Assembly (NCBI GenBank): GCA_963789955.1
Contig: CAWBMV010000036.1
Location: forward strand, 64,001-128,000
Reading direction: 5' to 3'
Origin: an uncultured Candidatus Rokubacteria bacterium
GTDB taxonomy: Bacteria; Methylomirabilota; Methylomirabilia; Rokubacteriales; CSP1-6
DNA length: 64,000 nt
Below are positions 19,162 through 29,158 of this stretch, piece after piece. Numbering within the stretch: the first letter of the stretch is position 1; every line of letters begins with the position of its first letter. Under the pieces are notes generated by a model. The model saw only the letters and a program-made list of their open reading frames with translations. It searched no databases and was not told where the DNA came from. The translations under genes were made by a program, and so were the position numbers.

Positions 19162-20061
19162 TCAAGCAACGAAGGAGCGTGACCGCGCGGTTTCCCTTGC
19201 CACGCTGACGAACGCTTGGACGAAGGGCCCCTCACGTTCTCGGTGCCACGCGATGACAGTCTCCAGCGCCGGGCCGGTCGGCGTCAGACGCCGATACGCG
19301 ATCCCAGGCCGCTTCAGCCTCTGCAACGAGGCGGGCACCAATGAAATGCCAACGCCGGCCGCGACCACCGCGAGGACGGACTGAGGATTCTCGACCTCGT
19401 ATTTGACTTTCAGCGTCACCCCTGCGTCGCGGCATGCCCTGGCAACGAGGGCCTGATAGGCCGGCGCTCGCCGGCGCGAGAAGAGCACGTAGGGCTGATC
19501 GACGAGAGCTTCCCATGGAACTCGCTGGTAGTCCGTAAAGCGGTGCCCACGTGGGAACGCGACGACCAGGCTCTCCGAGAACAGGCGCTCACTCACGAGC
19601 GCGTCGCTCGGGATCGGCGGCCGAAGAATCCCTGCATGGATGGACCCGTCCTCGAGGGCGGACACCTGCTCTGGAGCCGTCAGATCGCGCAGCTCGACCT
19701 CGACATCCGGATGTCGCCGCGCGAAGAGTCGAATAATCCTCGCACCGTTGAGAAAGTCGGCCCACAGGGCGCAGCCCACAACAAGCTGGCCGACCTCACC
19801 ACGCTTCGCTCGCTGGACCGATCGGGCGGCCTGCTCGGCCTGTGCGATGACGGCCCGGGCTTCCGCGAGGAATACTCGGCCGGCGGGCGTTAGCTCGACG
19901 CGCCGCGTCGATCGATGGAAGAGGGGTGTCTGCAGCTCCGTCTCAAGGCGCTGAATCTGCTGGCTCAGGGGGGGTTGAGAGATGTTGAGCCTCGCCGCCG
20001 CTCGCCCAAAATGACGTTCCTCGGCGACCGCCACGAAGTAGCGCAGGTGCCGCAGCTCCAT
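19162..20061 (-). CDS. LysR-family transcriptional regulator
   Basis: MELRHLRYFVAVAEERHFGRAAARLNISQPPLSQQI HTH plus substrate-binding domain. Confidence 0.96.
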   Translation of the reverse strand: MELRHLRYFVAVAEERHFGRAAARLNISQPPLSQQIQRLETELQTPLFHRSTRRVELTPAGRVFLAEARAVIAQAEQAARSVQRAKRGEVGQLVVGCALWADFLNGARIIRLFARRHPDVEVELRDLTAPEQVSALEDGSIHAGILRPPIPSDALVSERLFSESLVVAFPRGHRFTDYQRVPWEALVDQPYVLFSRRRAPAYQALVARACRDAGVTLKVKYEVENPQSVLAVVAAGVGISLVPASLQRLKRPGIAYRRLTPTGPALETVIAWHREREGPFVQAFVSVARETARSRSFVA

Positions 20062-20242
20062 TACGGGGGACTCATATCACCAACGTCTGAATGGCGCTGG
20101 AAAAAGATATTGGACACCCGACTGCGCCGATCGCATCGTCGTCTCGACACTGGCAAAAACGGCCTTCGTCATCGATCGAATCGGTTACCGAGCAGCCCTC
20201 AGGTCGGGCTCACGGTCGTCCGTGGTATCGAGGGAGGACGTC

Positions 20243-20704
20243 ATGCGAACTGCTGTTTGTCTTGCCACGTCGGGCGCGCTCCTACTTTGGTCAACTGTAG
20301 ACAGCTGGGCCGAGCGGCCCGACTCGATCGGCGCAACGAACACGATCCTCACCATCTCCGTCCTCGCGGCGATCACGTTGGCCATCGTCGTCGTCGCGAG
20401 GTCTCTGGTCACCAGACGGAAGCAGATGGAGGAGGCCGTCATCCTTCAGTCGCAGCTGTCCGACGCGCTCGCGCGTGAAGTTCAGCTGCGTGGCTTGCAG
20501 ATCATTCCGAAGTCTCACGTCTCCGGATGGCGCAAATCGCACGTGACGATCCAGGTCGTCGGCGAGGTCCCGACGCCGGAGATTCGCGAGACGGTGATGC
20601 GAATCGCTCGGGCTGAGGTCCGGCGGTTCCGGCCGGACGTCATCCCCGAGGATCACCTCTTCATCGTTCCGCCGGTGCATCAGGATCTCTCGCGTTCCGG
20701 GTAA
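20243..20704 (+). CDS. hypothetical membrane protein
   Basis: GGAGG RBS; signal-like start and one TM helix; BON-like C-terminal pattern. Confidence 0.65.
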   Translation: MRTAVCLATSGALLLWSTVDSWAERPDSIGATNTILTISVLAAITLAIVVVARSLVTRRKQMEEAVILQSQLSDALAREVQLRGLQIIPKSHVSGWRKSHVTIQVVGEVPTPEIRETVMRIARAEVRRFRPDVIPEDHLFIVPPVHQDLSRSG

Positions 20705-20717
20705 TGGTGATGCCGGC

Positions 20718-21026
20718 ATGATCCGCCTCACGCAAAAGACGTCACTCGTGGCGTTGGCCGTGCTCGCGTGTGCCGCGACCGCCTCTGGCGGCGACGGCGA
20801 GTGGGCGGTCTGGCTCACTCCGATATCAGACAATCCGCCACGATGGGGATCGAGTGCTCGGCACAAATTCCCGACGCTCGAAGATTGCGACCGACACGCC
20901 GCGTTGATCTTCGCCGAGTTCCATCTGATGCATCCGACTGCGGTGCTCGAGGCGCGCTGTTTCGCCGAGACCGCCGACTGGCGCCAGGCGAAAGACCAGG
21001 ACCTTTGGCAACGGGACTCCTACTGA
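20718..21026 (+). CDS. hypothetical secreted protein
   Basis: Signal peptide; WAVW..FPTLEDC..RCFAETADWR. Confidence 0.6.
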   Translation: MIRLTQKTSLVALAVLACAATASGGDGEWAVWLTPISDNPPRWGSSARHKFPTLEDCDRHAALIFAEFHLMHPTAVLEARCFAETADWRQAKDQDLWQRDSY

Positions 21027-21130
21027 GCACGTTCGGTGGGAGCGCGCGGCCGAGCAGTTGTGCGGTTCGGGCTCAGCGAGACCGACAGCCTCCGGCGCAG
21101 GCAGGCACAATCAGAAAGGCCGCGGCGGTG

Positions 21131-21538
21131 GTGAAGGCTCCGGCCGCTAAAATTCTCGTGATCGACGACAACGCCGCGGTGGTTGACGTCCTGGTCGCCT
21201 GTCTCCATGAAGAGGGGTACAGGGTCTCAGGCGCACTCACGGGCGAAGAGGGCCTGAAGGGCTTCATCTTGTCCCGCCCAGATCTGGTTTTGCTCGACGT
21301 GGCGCTGGCCGGCGGAATGGACGGCGTCGAAGTGCTCAAGCGAATCCGTTTGATCAATCCGGCGGCCAAGGTCGTCATGGTGACCGGGAACAGAGACGCC
21401 ACACTTGCTCGCGACACCCTCGAACGTGGCGCCCTCGCCTACGTGGACAAGCCGTTCGACTTTGCTTACCTCAAGCGGGTAGTCGCCATGGCGTTCCAGA
21501 CAGAGCGCGCGCAACCGAACGAACATTCAACGGGCTGA
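21131..21538 (+). CDS. single-domain response regulator
   Basis: KILVIDDN, PDLVLLDV, VMVTG, YVDKPFD. Confidence 0.9.
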   Translation: MKAPAAKILVIDDNAAVVDVLVACLHEEGYRVSGALTGEEGLKGFILSRPDLVLLDVALAGGMDGVEVLKRIRLINPAAKVVMVTGNRDATLARDTLERGALAYVDKPFDFAYLKRVVAMAFQTERAQPNEHSTG

Positions 21539-21630
21539 CCGCGCATCTTTCATTCGCGACCGATCCCGCAGGTTGCTTCTCGCCCTCTGCCTGCTCACTT
21601 CGGCGTCGCGACGGCCTGCGCCGAGAGTTC

Positions 21631-21921
21631 GTGGGTATTTTGGGAAGAGTCAGCTCGTCCTCCACTTTACGAAGGCTCGACCCGGGCGGTGTCGGCGTGG
21701 AAAACGACGGAGGCTTGCGAGCAGGCGCTAACCCAACAGTTGGGGTCGGATTCATACGAGTACTCAAGAACGCGAACGCGGACGCGGAAGTGATGATTGA
21801 CCATGAGCCCGGTCGGCCACGTCTGTTGGTGCGGACAAAGGGCCGTACCGAACCCGTCATCGTGACTACCTATGTCTGTCTCCCCGACACCGTGGACCCG
21901 CGCGAGGTGAAGCGGAAGTAA
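21631..21921 (+). pseudogene. fragment of a secreted-protein family ending in CLPDTVDPR
   Basis: C-terminus YVCLPDTVDPREVKRK; N-terminus lacks a credible start or signal peptide. Confidence 0.45.
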
Positions 21922-21954
21922 ACGAACTGTGCGATCTTCGAGAGCTCGAGGCAC

Positions 21955-22494
21955 CTACTGCGACCGCGGTGGGACCTTGATCCACGGCTCTGGGCACGCG
22001 GGTGCCGTCGGATAGTAGGCCCTAGCGCTGGCACAGTAGTACCAGTATGACTCGGGCGGTTGCTGCGCTTTCGCCCGCACACGGTGGATGGCGTCCCTCG
22101 TGTCCTTTTGCTGCGCGAGGAAGGCATCGCTGAGCTGCTGCATCCACTCGAGCCGGCTGTCCATCAGCTCGAGGACCTGGGGGAAACTAACCAGAGCCTT
22201 GACGCTATCGTCCCATTGTTGCTTTTTGAGCTCTGCGTTGAGCGCGTCGCCCTTCAGGCTTGGATTGGCTTTTGCGAATCGTGCCGCCTGGATCACCTCG
22301 AGCGGATACGTGGATGCCATGAAGATCTGCGCCAGGAGCGCGTCCGAATACTTCGCAATGGGTGTGACGATCTGCTCCAGCTCCTCGGGCTTGAAGGGAC
22401 GGGAGTCGGCACTGCGTGGCTGTTGCGCTCCCGCTGCGAGTGGCGCAAATGGTAGGCTCAGTGCTACAACGACCGCGAGCGCGATCAGCCGCAT
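21955..22494 (-). CDS. truncated DUF3300-like secreted protein with YWYYC C-terminal module
   Basis: EELEQIVTPIAKYSDALLAQIFMASTYPLEV..WDDSVKAL..FPQVL; ends SYWYYCASARAYYPTAPACPEPWIKVPP. Confidence 0.75.
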   Translation of the reverse strand: MRLIALAVVVALSLPFAPLAAGAQQPRSADSRPFKPEELEQIVTPIAKYSDALLAQIFMASTYPLEVIQAARFAKANPSLKGDALNAELKKQQWDDSVKALVSFPQVLELMDSRLEWMQQLSDAFLAQQKDTRDAIHRVRAKAQQPPESYWYYCASARAYYPTAPACPEPWIKVPPRSQ

Positions 22495-22630
22495 GGGCAC
22501 CTCGGTAGGGTTGGCTGGCGGGAGTCTAGCAGAGCTGCACTCCAGCGGGTCAGCGACACATCAGCGAGCTGAACGACGGGCGTTGCGCGCGTCGTCGCGC
22601 TCGGTGATACTCAGCGAAACGTGGCAGGGC

Positions 22631-22679
22631 CGGACTTCTAATCCGAGGGTTGCAGTCGCGACTCCTGCCAGGCGCACCA
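22631..22679 (+). repeat. attR-like copy of the tRNA-Arg(TCT) 3' part
   Basis: CGGACTTCTAATCCGAGGGTtGCAGtcgCGACTCCTGCCAGGCGCACCA; 4 mismatches to 17558-17606, broken T-loop. Confidence 0.9.
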
Positions 22680-22725
22680 ACAACGACCGAAGCTTCTGGA
22701 CGTCCGGCTCAGCGAGGACTAAACC

Positions 22726-24328
22726 ATGAAGAGTCATCGCCCCCTCGTTCTCTTCGCGACCGCCCTCACGATCGCCGTCCTCTTCGCGCTGGCTCCTTCA
22801 GCGCGCGCTGCGGAGACGCCACGACGCGGCGGAGTACTGCTCGCCGCGATCGCCGCCGATGCGCCCAGTCTCGATCCGCACCAGGAGGAGACGTTCGCCA
22901 CGCTCGAGCTCGTGGCGCCGTGTTACAGCACCTTGCTCCAGATCGATCCCTTGCAGTACCCCAAGGTCATCGGCGACGTGGCGACCGAGTGGAAGATCGC
23001 GGCTGACGGGCTCACGTACACGTTCAAGCTCCGGCAGGGGATTCGGTTTCACGACGGCTCGCCGTTGACGGCGGCGGACGTCAAGGCGACCTACGAGAAG
23101 ATCGTGTTTCCGCCGGCGGGCGTCCGCAGCATCCGCAAGAACGCGTATGCCGCGGTCACGAGCCTCGAGGCTCCCGATGCGAACACCATCGTGTTCAAGC
23201 TCAAGCACCCGTCGGCGTCACTCCTCGCCAACCTGGCCTCGCCGTGGAACGTGATCTACCCGAAGAAGTACCTCGACAAGGATCCGAACTACTTCAAGGC
23301 GAACATCGTCGGGTCCGGGCCCTTCAAGTTCAAGAGCCACACGCGCGGATCCACGTTCGAGGCCGAGCGGAACCCCGACTACTTCATCAAGGACCGCCCC
23401 TATCTCGACGGCTACAAGTTCTTCGTCATCACGGAGACGTCGGCGCGCGCGGCGGCCATTCGCTCAGGGCGCGCCTGGATCGAGTTTCGCACCATGCCGC
23501 TGTCCGAGGTCGAGGCGATCCGTAAGCAGCTCGGCGACAAGGTGGTGGTGCAAGACACGCCGGCCACCGGCATCTTCGGCATCGCGGTGAACCAGACGAT
23601 CAAGCCCTTCAACGACGAACGCGTCCGCAAGGCGCTGACGCTCGGTCTCGATCGGTACACCGCGAGTCGCGTGCTCTACCCCATCGCGAGCCTCAAGGAC
23701 GTCGGCGGGCTGATGCGTCCTGGGACGGAGTGGGCGATGTCGGACGCCGAGCTGCAAAAGTTTCCTGGCTTCGGGAAGGACATCGAGAAGAATCGCGCCG
23801 AGGCCAAACGCCTTCTGGCCGAGGCCGGGTACCCCAACGGGATTCAAAACGGTCTTGAAGAACCGCAACGTCCGGGTCCCGTACATCGACTTCGGCACGT
23901 TCGTGATCCAGGAGTGGCGCAAGATCGGCATCGAGGTCGAGCACCAGACTCTCGAGACCGCGTCCTGGTTCGCGGATGGCCGGGACAGCGGCAGCTTCCA
24001 GCTGATCGTCAGCCCTTCGTTCAACTTCATGGACGACCCCGACCAGTTCCTCGAGCGGTACACCACGGGCGACAGCAACAACTGGGGGCGATTCTCCGAT
24101 CCGCGGATCGACGACCTCTTCACCCGCCAGGCGAGATCTCTGGATCCCACGGAGCGCAAGAAGCTCATCAACGAGATCGAGAAGATCGTGCTCGGGCACG
24201 TGTACTACATCCCGGGTATCTGGTGGGCGCGGAGCGTGGTGCACTGGGCGAAGGTGAAGAACTACGTGGCGCCGCCCAATCACTACTCGAACCAGAAGCT
24301 GCAGGACGTGTGGCTCAGCGAGGACTGA
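22726..24328 (+). CDS. ABC transporter substrate-binding protein, family 5 (frameshift near 23845)
   Basis: RRGGVL, SLDPH, DGLTYTFKLRQGIRFHDG, VGSGPFKF, EAKRLLAEAGYPNG, LQDVWL. Confidence 0.92.
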
Positions 24329-24347
24329 TGACTGCTATGCTGTAGCG

Positions 24348-25631
24348 ATGGGCGACGGGTCGCTCGCTTCAGGAACCACCAGCGCGCCCGCCGCCGTCTC
24401 GTCACGGGCGGTCACACCCGTCATCGACACGACCTTCACGGTGATCCTGTCGCTGAGCTTCTGCCACTTGCTCAACGACATGATGCAGTCGCTGGTGCCC
24501 GCGCTCTATCCGATCCTCAAGAGCTCCTACGGCCTGAGCTTCAGCCAGGTTGGTCTGATCACCCTGGCGTTCCAATGCACGGCCTCCATGCTGCAGCCCG
24601 TGGTCGGCCTCTACACCGACCGGCACCCACGACCATATTCCCTGACGATCGGCATCGGACTCACCCTCGTCGGGCTCCTGCTGGTGTCTCGAGCCTCGAC
24701 GTATCCGGTGATCCTGTTCGCGGCGACGTTGATCGGGATGGGCTCGGCGATCTTTCATCCCGAGGCCTCGCGCGTGGCGCGCATGGCGGCCGGCGGACGT
24801 TATGGGCTCGCCCAATCCCTCTTCCAGGTCGGCGGCAACATCGGCTCCGCCTCGGGCCCGTTGCTCGCCGCGTTTGTCGTCATCCCGCATGGGCAGTCGA
24901 GTATCGCGTGGTTCTCGGGAGCGGCGCTGATCGCCATCTTCGTACTGCTGCAGGTCGGGGGCTGGTACGCGCGTCACCTCGCGCAGGCGCGACCGAAGCT
25001 GCGCACCGCGGCAGCCGCCGTGATGTCCGCCACGGCGCCGCGCAAGAGCGCGCTGCCGCGCCGCAAGGTGATCCAGGCGGTGGCCATCCTGGTGGCGCTG
25101 CTCTTCTCGAAGAACGTCTACAGCGCCAGCCTGAGCTCGTACTACACCTTCTATCTGATCGACACGTTCCACTTGTCGATACAGACGGCGCAGTTCTATC
25201 TCGTTGCTTTCCTCGTCGGCATCGTGATCGGTACCATTGCCGGAGGCGCAGTCGGTGATCGTGTGGGACGCAAACCCGTCATGTGGTTCTCGATCCTGGG
25301 GGCGTTGCCCTTCGCGCTGCTCCTGCCGCACGCGAACCTGTTCTGGACCGGCGTTCTGGCCGTGCTCATCGCCATGATCATGGCCTCGGCCTTCTCCGCC
25401 ATCCTCGTCTACGCGCAAGAGCTCCTGCCGGGACGGGTGGGTCTCGCCGCGGGGATGTTCTACGGCTTCTCGTTCGGTCTCGGGGGTCTAGGCGCCGCCG
25501 CGCTCGGCAAGCTGGCCGACCTCACCAGCATCACGACGGTCTACCGCGTGTGCCCCTTCCTCTTGCTGCTGGGGCTCTTGACCGCCTTCCTGCCTCGGCG
25601 GCCCGGCGCGCCTTCGTTGAAGTCGGCGTAA
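24348..25631 (+). CDS. fsr: MFS transporter, Fsr (fosmidomycin resistance) family
   Basis: SFCHLLNDMMQSL, FHPEASRVARMAAGGRYGLAQSLFQVGGN, SAFSAILVYAQEL. Confidence 0.9.
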   Translation: MGDGSLASGTTSAPAAVSSRAVTPVIDTTFTVILSLSFCHLLNDMMQSLVPALYPILKSSYGLSFSQVGLITLAFQCTASMLQPVVGLYTDRHPRPYSLTIGIGLTLVGLLLVSRASTYPVILFAATLIGMGSAIFHPEASRVARMAAGGRYGLAQSLFQVGGNIGSASGPLLAAFVVIPHGQSSIAWFSGAALIAIFVLLQVGGWYARHLAQARPKLRTAAAAVMSATAPRKSALPRRKVIQAVAILVALLFSKNVYSASLSSYYTFYLIDTFHLSIQTAQFYLVAFLVGIVIGTIAGGAVGDRVGRKPVMWFSILGALPFALLLPHANLFWTGVLAVLIAMIMASAFSAILVYAQELLPGRVGLAAGMFYGFSFGLGGLGAAALGKLADLTSITTVYRVCPFLLLLGLLTAFLPRRPGAPSLKSA

Positions 25632-25660
25632 GCGAAAGACGCTCTCGACGAGGCGGCGGG

Positions 25661-26173
25661 TCAGGCGACACCGCTCCCGCCGGGCGCAGGCGGGGGAACG
25701 GCACAGCTGGCGATGAGAGCGATGTCCTGGTCAGCGCGCCGGCCGACCTGGTGATACCAGATCGAATCGCGCATCTCCTCGGCGGCGGCGATCCAATCAC
25801 GGCGCTCCACCGCCGCGATCATCTTTCGAAAGGTCGAGAAGCCTCCGACCCCGAGATTGAAAACCATGTCGATGATCACCATCTGCGCCTGAGACGGCAG
25901 CGTATCGAAGCCTTGCACACAGCGGCGCGCGCCGGCTCGAGCCGCCGCGATGTCGAGGTCGAGTAGCGCGTCGATCTGCGCGTCGGTCAGGGAGACGGTC
26001 CCGCGACACACCGCCTCGTACGAGAGTCCAAGGGCCGCGATCTTGTCCTTCGCGTCAGGTCGGGTGAGATTGAAGCCGACCCCGATCGTGGGAATCCCGC
26101 GGGAGTCGACATAGGCGTTGACTCGCCGACCTTCGTGAGCCTCGATGAAGCGGCGGAGGCGGGCACTATTCAT
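25661..26173 (-). CDS. T4-type lysozyme (GH24)
   Basis: HEG..YVDSRGIPTIGVG (E-x8-D-x5-T), DMVFNLG..F.KM..W..AA.EM..S.W..QV..RA. Confidence 0.9.
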   Translation of the reverse strand: MNSARLRRFIEAHEGRRVNAYVDSRGIPTIGVGFNLTRPDAKDKIAALGLSYEAVCRGTVSLTDAQIDALLDLDIAAARAGARRCVQGFDTLPSQAQMVIIDMVFNLGVGGFSTFRKMIAAVERRDWIAAAEEMRDSIWYHQVGRRADQDIALIASCAVPPPAPGGSGVA

Positions 26174-26263
26174 CGCCCACTCGTTGCGCTAAGGTAGCCT
26201 GCCTCATGGTCTATCGGGCGGAAGCCTACTCCCTCGTCCTGCCCGCGGTGTGGGACCCGGCAC

Positions 26264-27779
26264 TCAAGAACTACGGTCCGAATCTCGGGTACGACTACGG
26301 TGGGCGTCTGATGGCGGCCTGGCTCGATCGCTGACGACGCGCTGGACCACATCCGCCACGCGCCGGATCGCGGCGCGGATGTCGGCCTCCGTCAGGGACG
26401 CGTAGCCGAAGAGCAGGCCGGCGCGTGGTGGTGGGCTCGTATGGAAGGGCGCCACGGAGTAGAGGCCGACGCCAGCCTCCCGCGCGCGCGCGATGACGGC
26501 ATCGAGCTCGCGTGGCCGCACGTCGTTCAGCCACACCACCAGATGCACGCCCGTGTTCTCGCCGGCAATCTCCGACGCGGTCGCCGAAGTGTTGCCGCAA
26601 CGCGCCGATCAGCGCGCGACGTTTCGCGGCGTTCCGGTTCCCCGCGCGCCGCAGGTAGCGCTCGAACTGGCCGGTCGTGATGAAGTCCGTGAGCGCTTCC
26701 TGGGCGAGCGTGGCCGAGAAGCGGTCCGTGGCCCACTTGGCCGCGACGAACGAAGGCACGAGAGATCGAGGCAGCACGAGGTACCCGATCCGTAGCGCTG
26801 GGAAGAGCGTCTTCGAGAATGTCCCGACGTAGATCACGCGGCCGTCGCGGTCCAGGGACTGCAGCGCCTCGAGCGGGTGCCCCTCGTACCGGAACTCGCT
26901 GACGTAGTCGTCTTCGATCACCCAGCTATTGGTGCGGCCGGCCCACGCGAGCAGCGCGAGCCGGCGCTCGAGCGGCATGATCACCCCGGTTGGAAACTGA
27001 TGGCAGGGGGTGACGTACGCGACCCGTGCCCGGGACGGCAGCCGGTGCGTCTGCAATCCGTCGCCGTCGACCGGCGTGTGGGCCAGTCGCGCGCCGGCCG
27101 CTTCGAACGGAATCGTCACCCCGGGGTAGTGCGGCTCCTCGACCACCGCGACGTCTCCCGGATCGAGCAGGACGCGCGCGGCGAGATCGAAGCCCTGCTG
27201 CGAGCCGTTGGTGATCACGATCTGATCCGCCTCGCAGACGACCCCTCGCGCCCGCTTCAGATATTCGGCGAGGGCGTCGCGCAGCGGCGCGTACCCGGCC
27301 GGGTCCGCATAGCCGAACGCGTCGCGGGCGGTGCGCCGCGCCCGCGCGGCCAGCAGCCGCCGCCAGATTTCCCGCGGGAACTCGTCGACGGACGGTTCGC
27401 CGTAGCGAAAGTCGTAGCGGAGACCGGTCGAGCGCGCAGGCGGCGTGCCGAGAAGCCCGGTCAGCCGCCGGGCGTAGGCGGAGACGGGCGCGGGATGCCA
27501 GGGCTTCGGACGCGGGGGCGCGGGCATCGCGGAGGTCGGCAGCACACCCGCCACCAACGTGGTCGCGCGGTTTCGGCTGACGACGTACCCTTCGGCGAGG
27601 AGCTGCTCGTAGGCCAGCATGACCGTGTTGCGCGAGACCCGGAGATCGGTCGCGAGCTCCCGGGTCGACGGCAGGCGCGCCGCGGGCGCCAGACGCCCGT
27701 CGCGGATCATCGACTTGAGGGCATGGTAGACGCGTCGATAGAGGGGGCCGTCCGCCTTACGCAGATCGAGGAGAAGCAT
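26264..27779 (-). CDS. MocR/PdxR family GntR-PLP regulator (frameshift near 26575)
   Basis: LPSTRELA..VSRNTV..AYEQL.AEGY; TPCHQFPTG, IEDDY, GTFSKTLFPALRIGY. Confidence 0.93.
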
Positions 27780-27824
27780 CTGGCACCGTAGATTAACTCG
27801 AAACTGGCTCTTTCAACAGGCCAG
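27780..27824. promoter_or_regulatory. putative MocR-family operator
   Basis: CTGGCAC / CTGGCTC direct repeats plus inverted GGCCAG between the divergent MocR and DUF4440 genes. Confidence 0.55.
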
Positions 27825-27873
27825 AAGTCTGGGCACGATGTCGGAGTACGATCACCGCGACGGAGGACAGGCC

Positions 27874-28675
27874 ATGGGAAATATCAGAGTCGAGACCGGG
27901 CGCGTGCGCGCCAACGACGTGCAGACACTCGAGCAGCTGAACCGCAGCTACGTCCGGGCCGGCCAGGCTTCGGACACGCGCTGGTTCGACGAGCACCTGG
28001 CGGCGTGCTTCATGGCCAGTAATCCCGACGGGTCGCTGGTCGACCGTGCGGCTTTCCTGGACCGCATCGGCCGGCCGAATCCCAGCAAGAACATGGCGCC
28101 CGTCGACACCCATATCCGAGTGGTCGGTGACGTCGGCATCGTCGATTCGGGTTACCAGTACACGAGGCCGGACGGCCAGGACGGCGTGGGTCACTACACC
28201 GACGTCTACGGATTCCTGGAGGGACGCTGGCAGGGCGTCTCCGCGCACTTCGCCCTGCGCCCGGCGCCCCCACAAATCGGGGCCACGAAGACGGCCGACG
28301 TCGTCGCTGCCGCCCCGAATCCGACGGACCACGCGGCCCTTGCCGAGCTGAACCATCACTACATCCGTTCCGTCCAGGAGTCGGACGTCCGCTGGTTCGA
28401 CGCGAACCTCGCCCCGGAGTTCGTGAACGGCAACGCCGACGGCTCGTTCTCCGATCGTGCGGCGTTCATCGCGGTGCATCGGCAAGCCGAGCCAGGTCTC
28501 GAACCTCCGCGAGGAAGACGTCCGGATCCAGGTGGTGGGCGACATCGGCATCATCCACGCGCGCACTGCGTACACGAAGCCCGACGGTCAGGCCGGCACG
28601 GGGCGCTACACGGACATCTGGTGGCGCGCCGACGGGCGGTGGCGCTGCGTGTCGGCGCACGTCACGCGCGGCTGA
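27874..28675 (+). CDS. tandem DUF4440 / NTF2-like protein (frameshift near 28480)
   Basis: Two repeats of L..LN..Y.R..Q.SD.RWFD..LA..F...N.DGS..DRAAF..GRYTD..W..VSAH. Confidence 0.85.
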
Positions 28676-28873
28676 GCCACTCGGCGTCGGCCCGGCGAAC
28701 CTCGAAACGGTCGCTCCCTGCCCATGAGGGGCAGGTGCCAAATACGTGATAAGCTCTCGGTGTCCGGTTTCCCCCCTGTCCGTGACAGGGCTCGCTCGGA
28801 GCGCCTTCTGCCTCTCAGGCCGTATCCACATTGGGCGTCTGCCGAGACGCCGATGAAAGGCGAAAGCGAAAGT

Positions 28874-29092
28874 ATGAGCAAGGAAGACGCGATCGAGGTC
28901 GAGGGCAAGGTGGTCGAGCCGTTGCCCAATGCGATGTTCCGGGTCGAGATGGAAAATGGCCACAAGGTCCTGGCCCACGTGTCGGGCAAGATGCGCATGC
29001 ACAGGATCCGGATCCTCCCCGGCGACAAAGTCACGATGGAGCTATCGCCCTACGATCTGACCCGCGGTCGGATCACGTACCGGTTCAAGTAG
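28874..29092 (+). CDS. infA: translation initiation factor IF-1
   Basis: [50 protein letters not shown]. Confidence 0.99.
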   Translation: MSKEDAIEVEGKVVEPLPNAMFRVEMENGHKVLAHVSGKMRMHRIRILPGDKVTMELSPYDLTRGRITYRFK

Positions 29093-29158
29093 CAGTCCGC
29101 GTTCGGCAGCACAGCACACCACCGCCCTGAGCCTCGCGCTCTGCCATAATCACGCGTC

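Larger units (their letters stand above)
17558..22679. mobile_element. about 5 kb genomic island integrated in tRNA-Arg(TCT)
   Basis: 49-bp direct repeat 17558-17606 / 22631-22679 (45 of 49 identical); contains IS481 and gene fragments. Confidence 0.85.

Noticed and set aside
22631..22679. Second tRNA-Arg gene
   Set aside because: No acceptor 5' strand or D-arm, and the T-loop is disrupted; treated as an att repeat.
28686..28753. SAM-I riboswitch-like fragments (GGCCCGGCGAACC..GGTGCCAAAT..GATAAG)
   Set aside because: The 5' P1 strand (CTTATC..AGAG) and the GCAAC core are missing, and the downstream gene is infA; a promoter plus hairpin explains it better.
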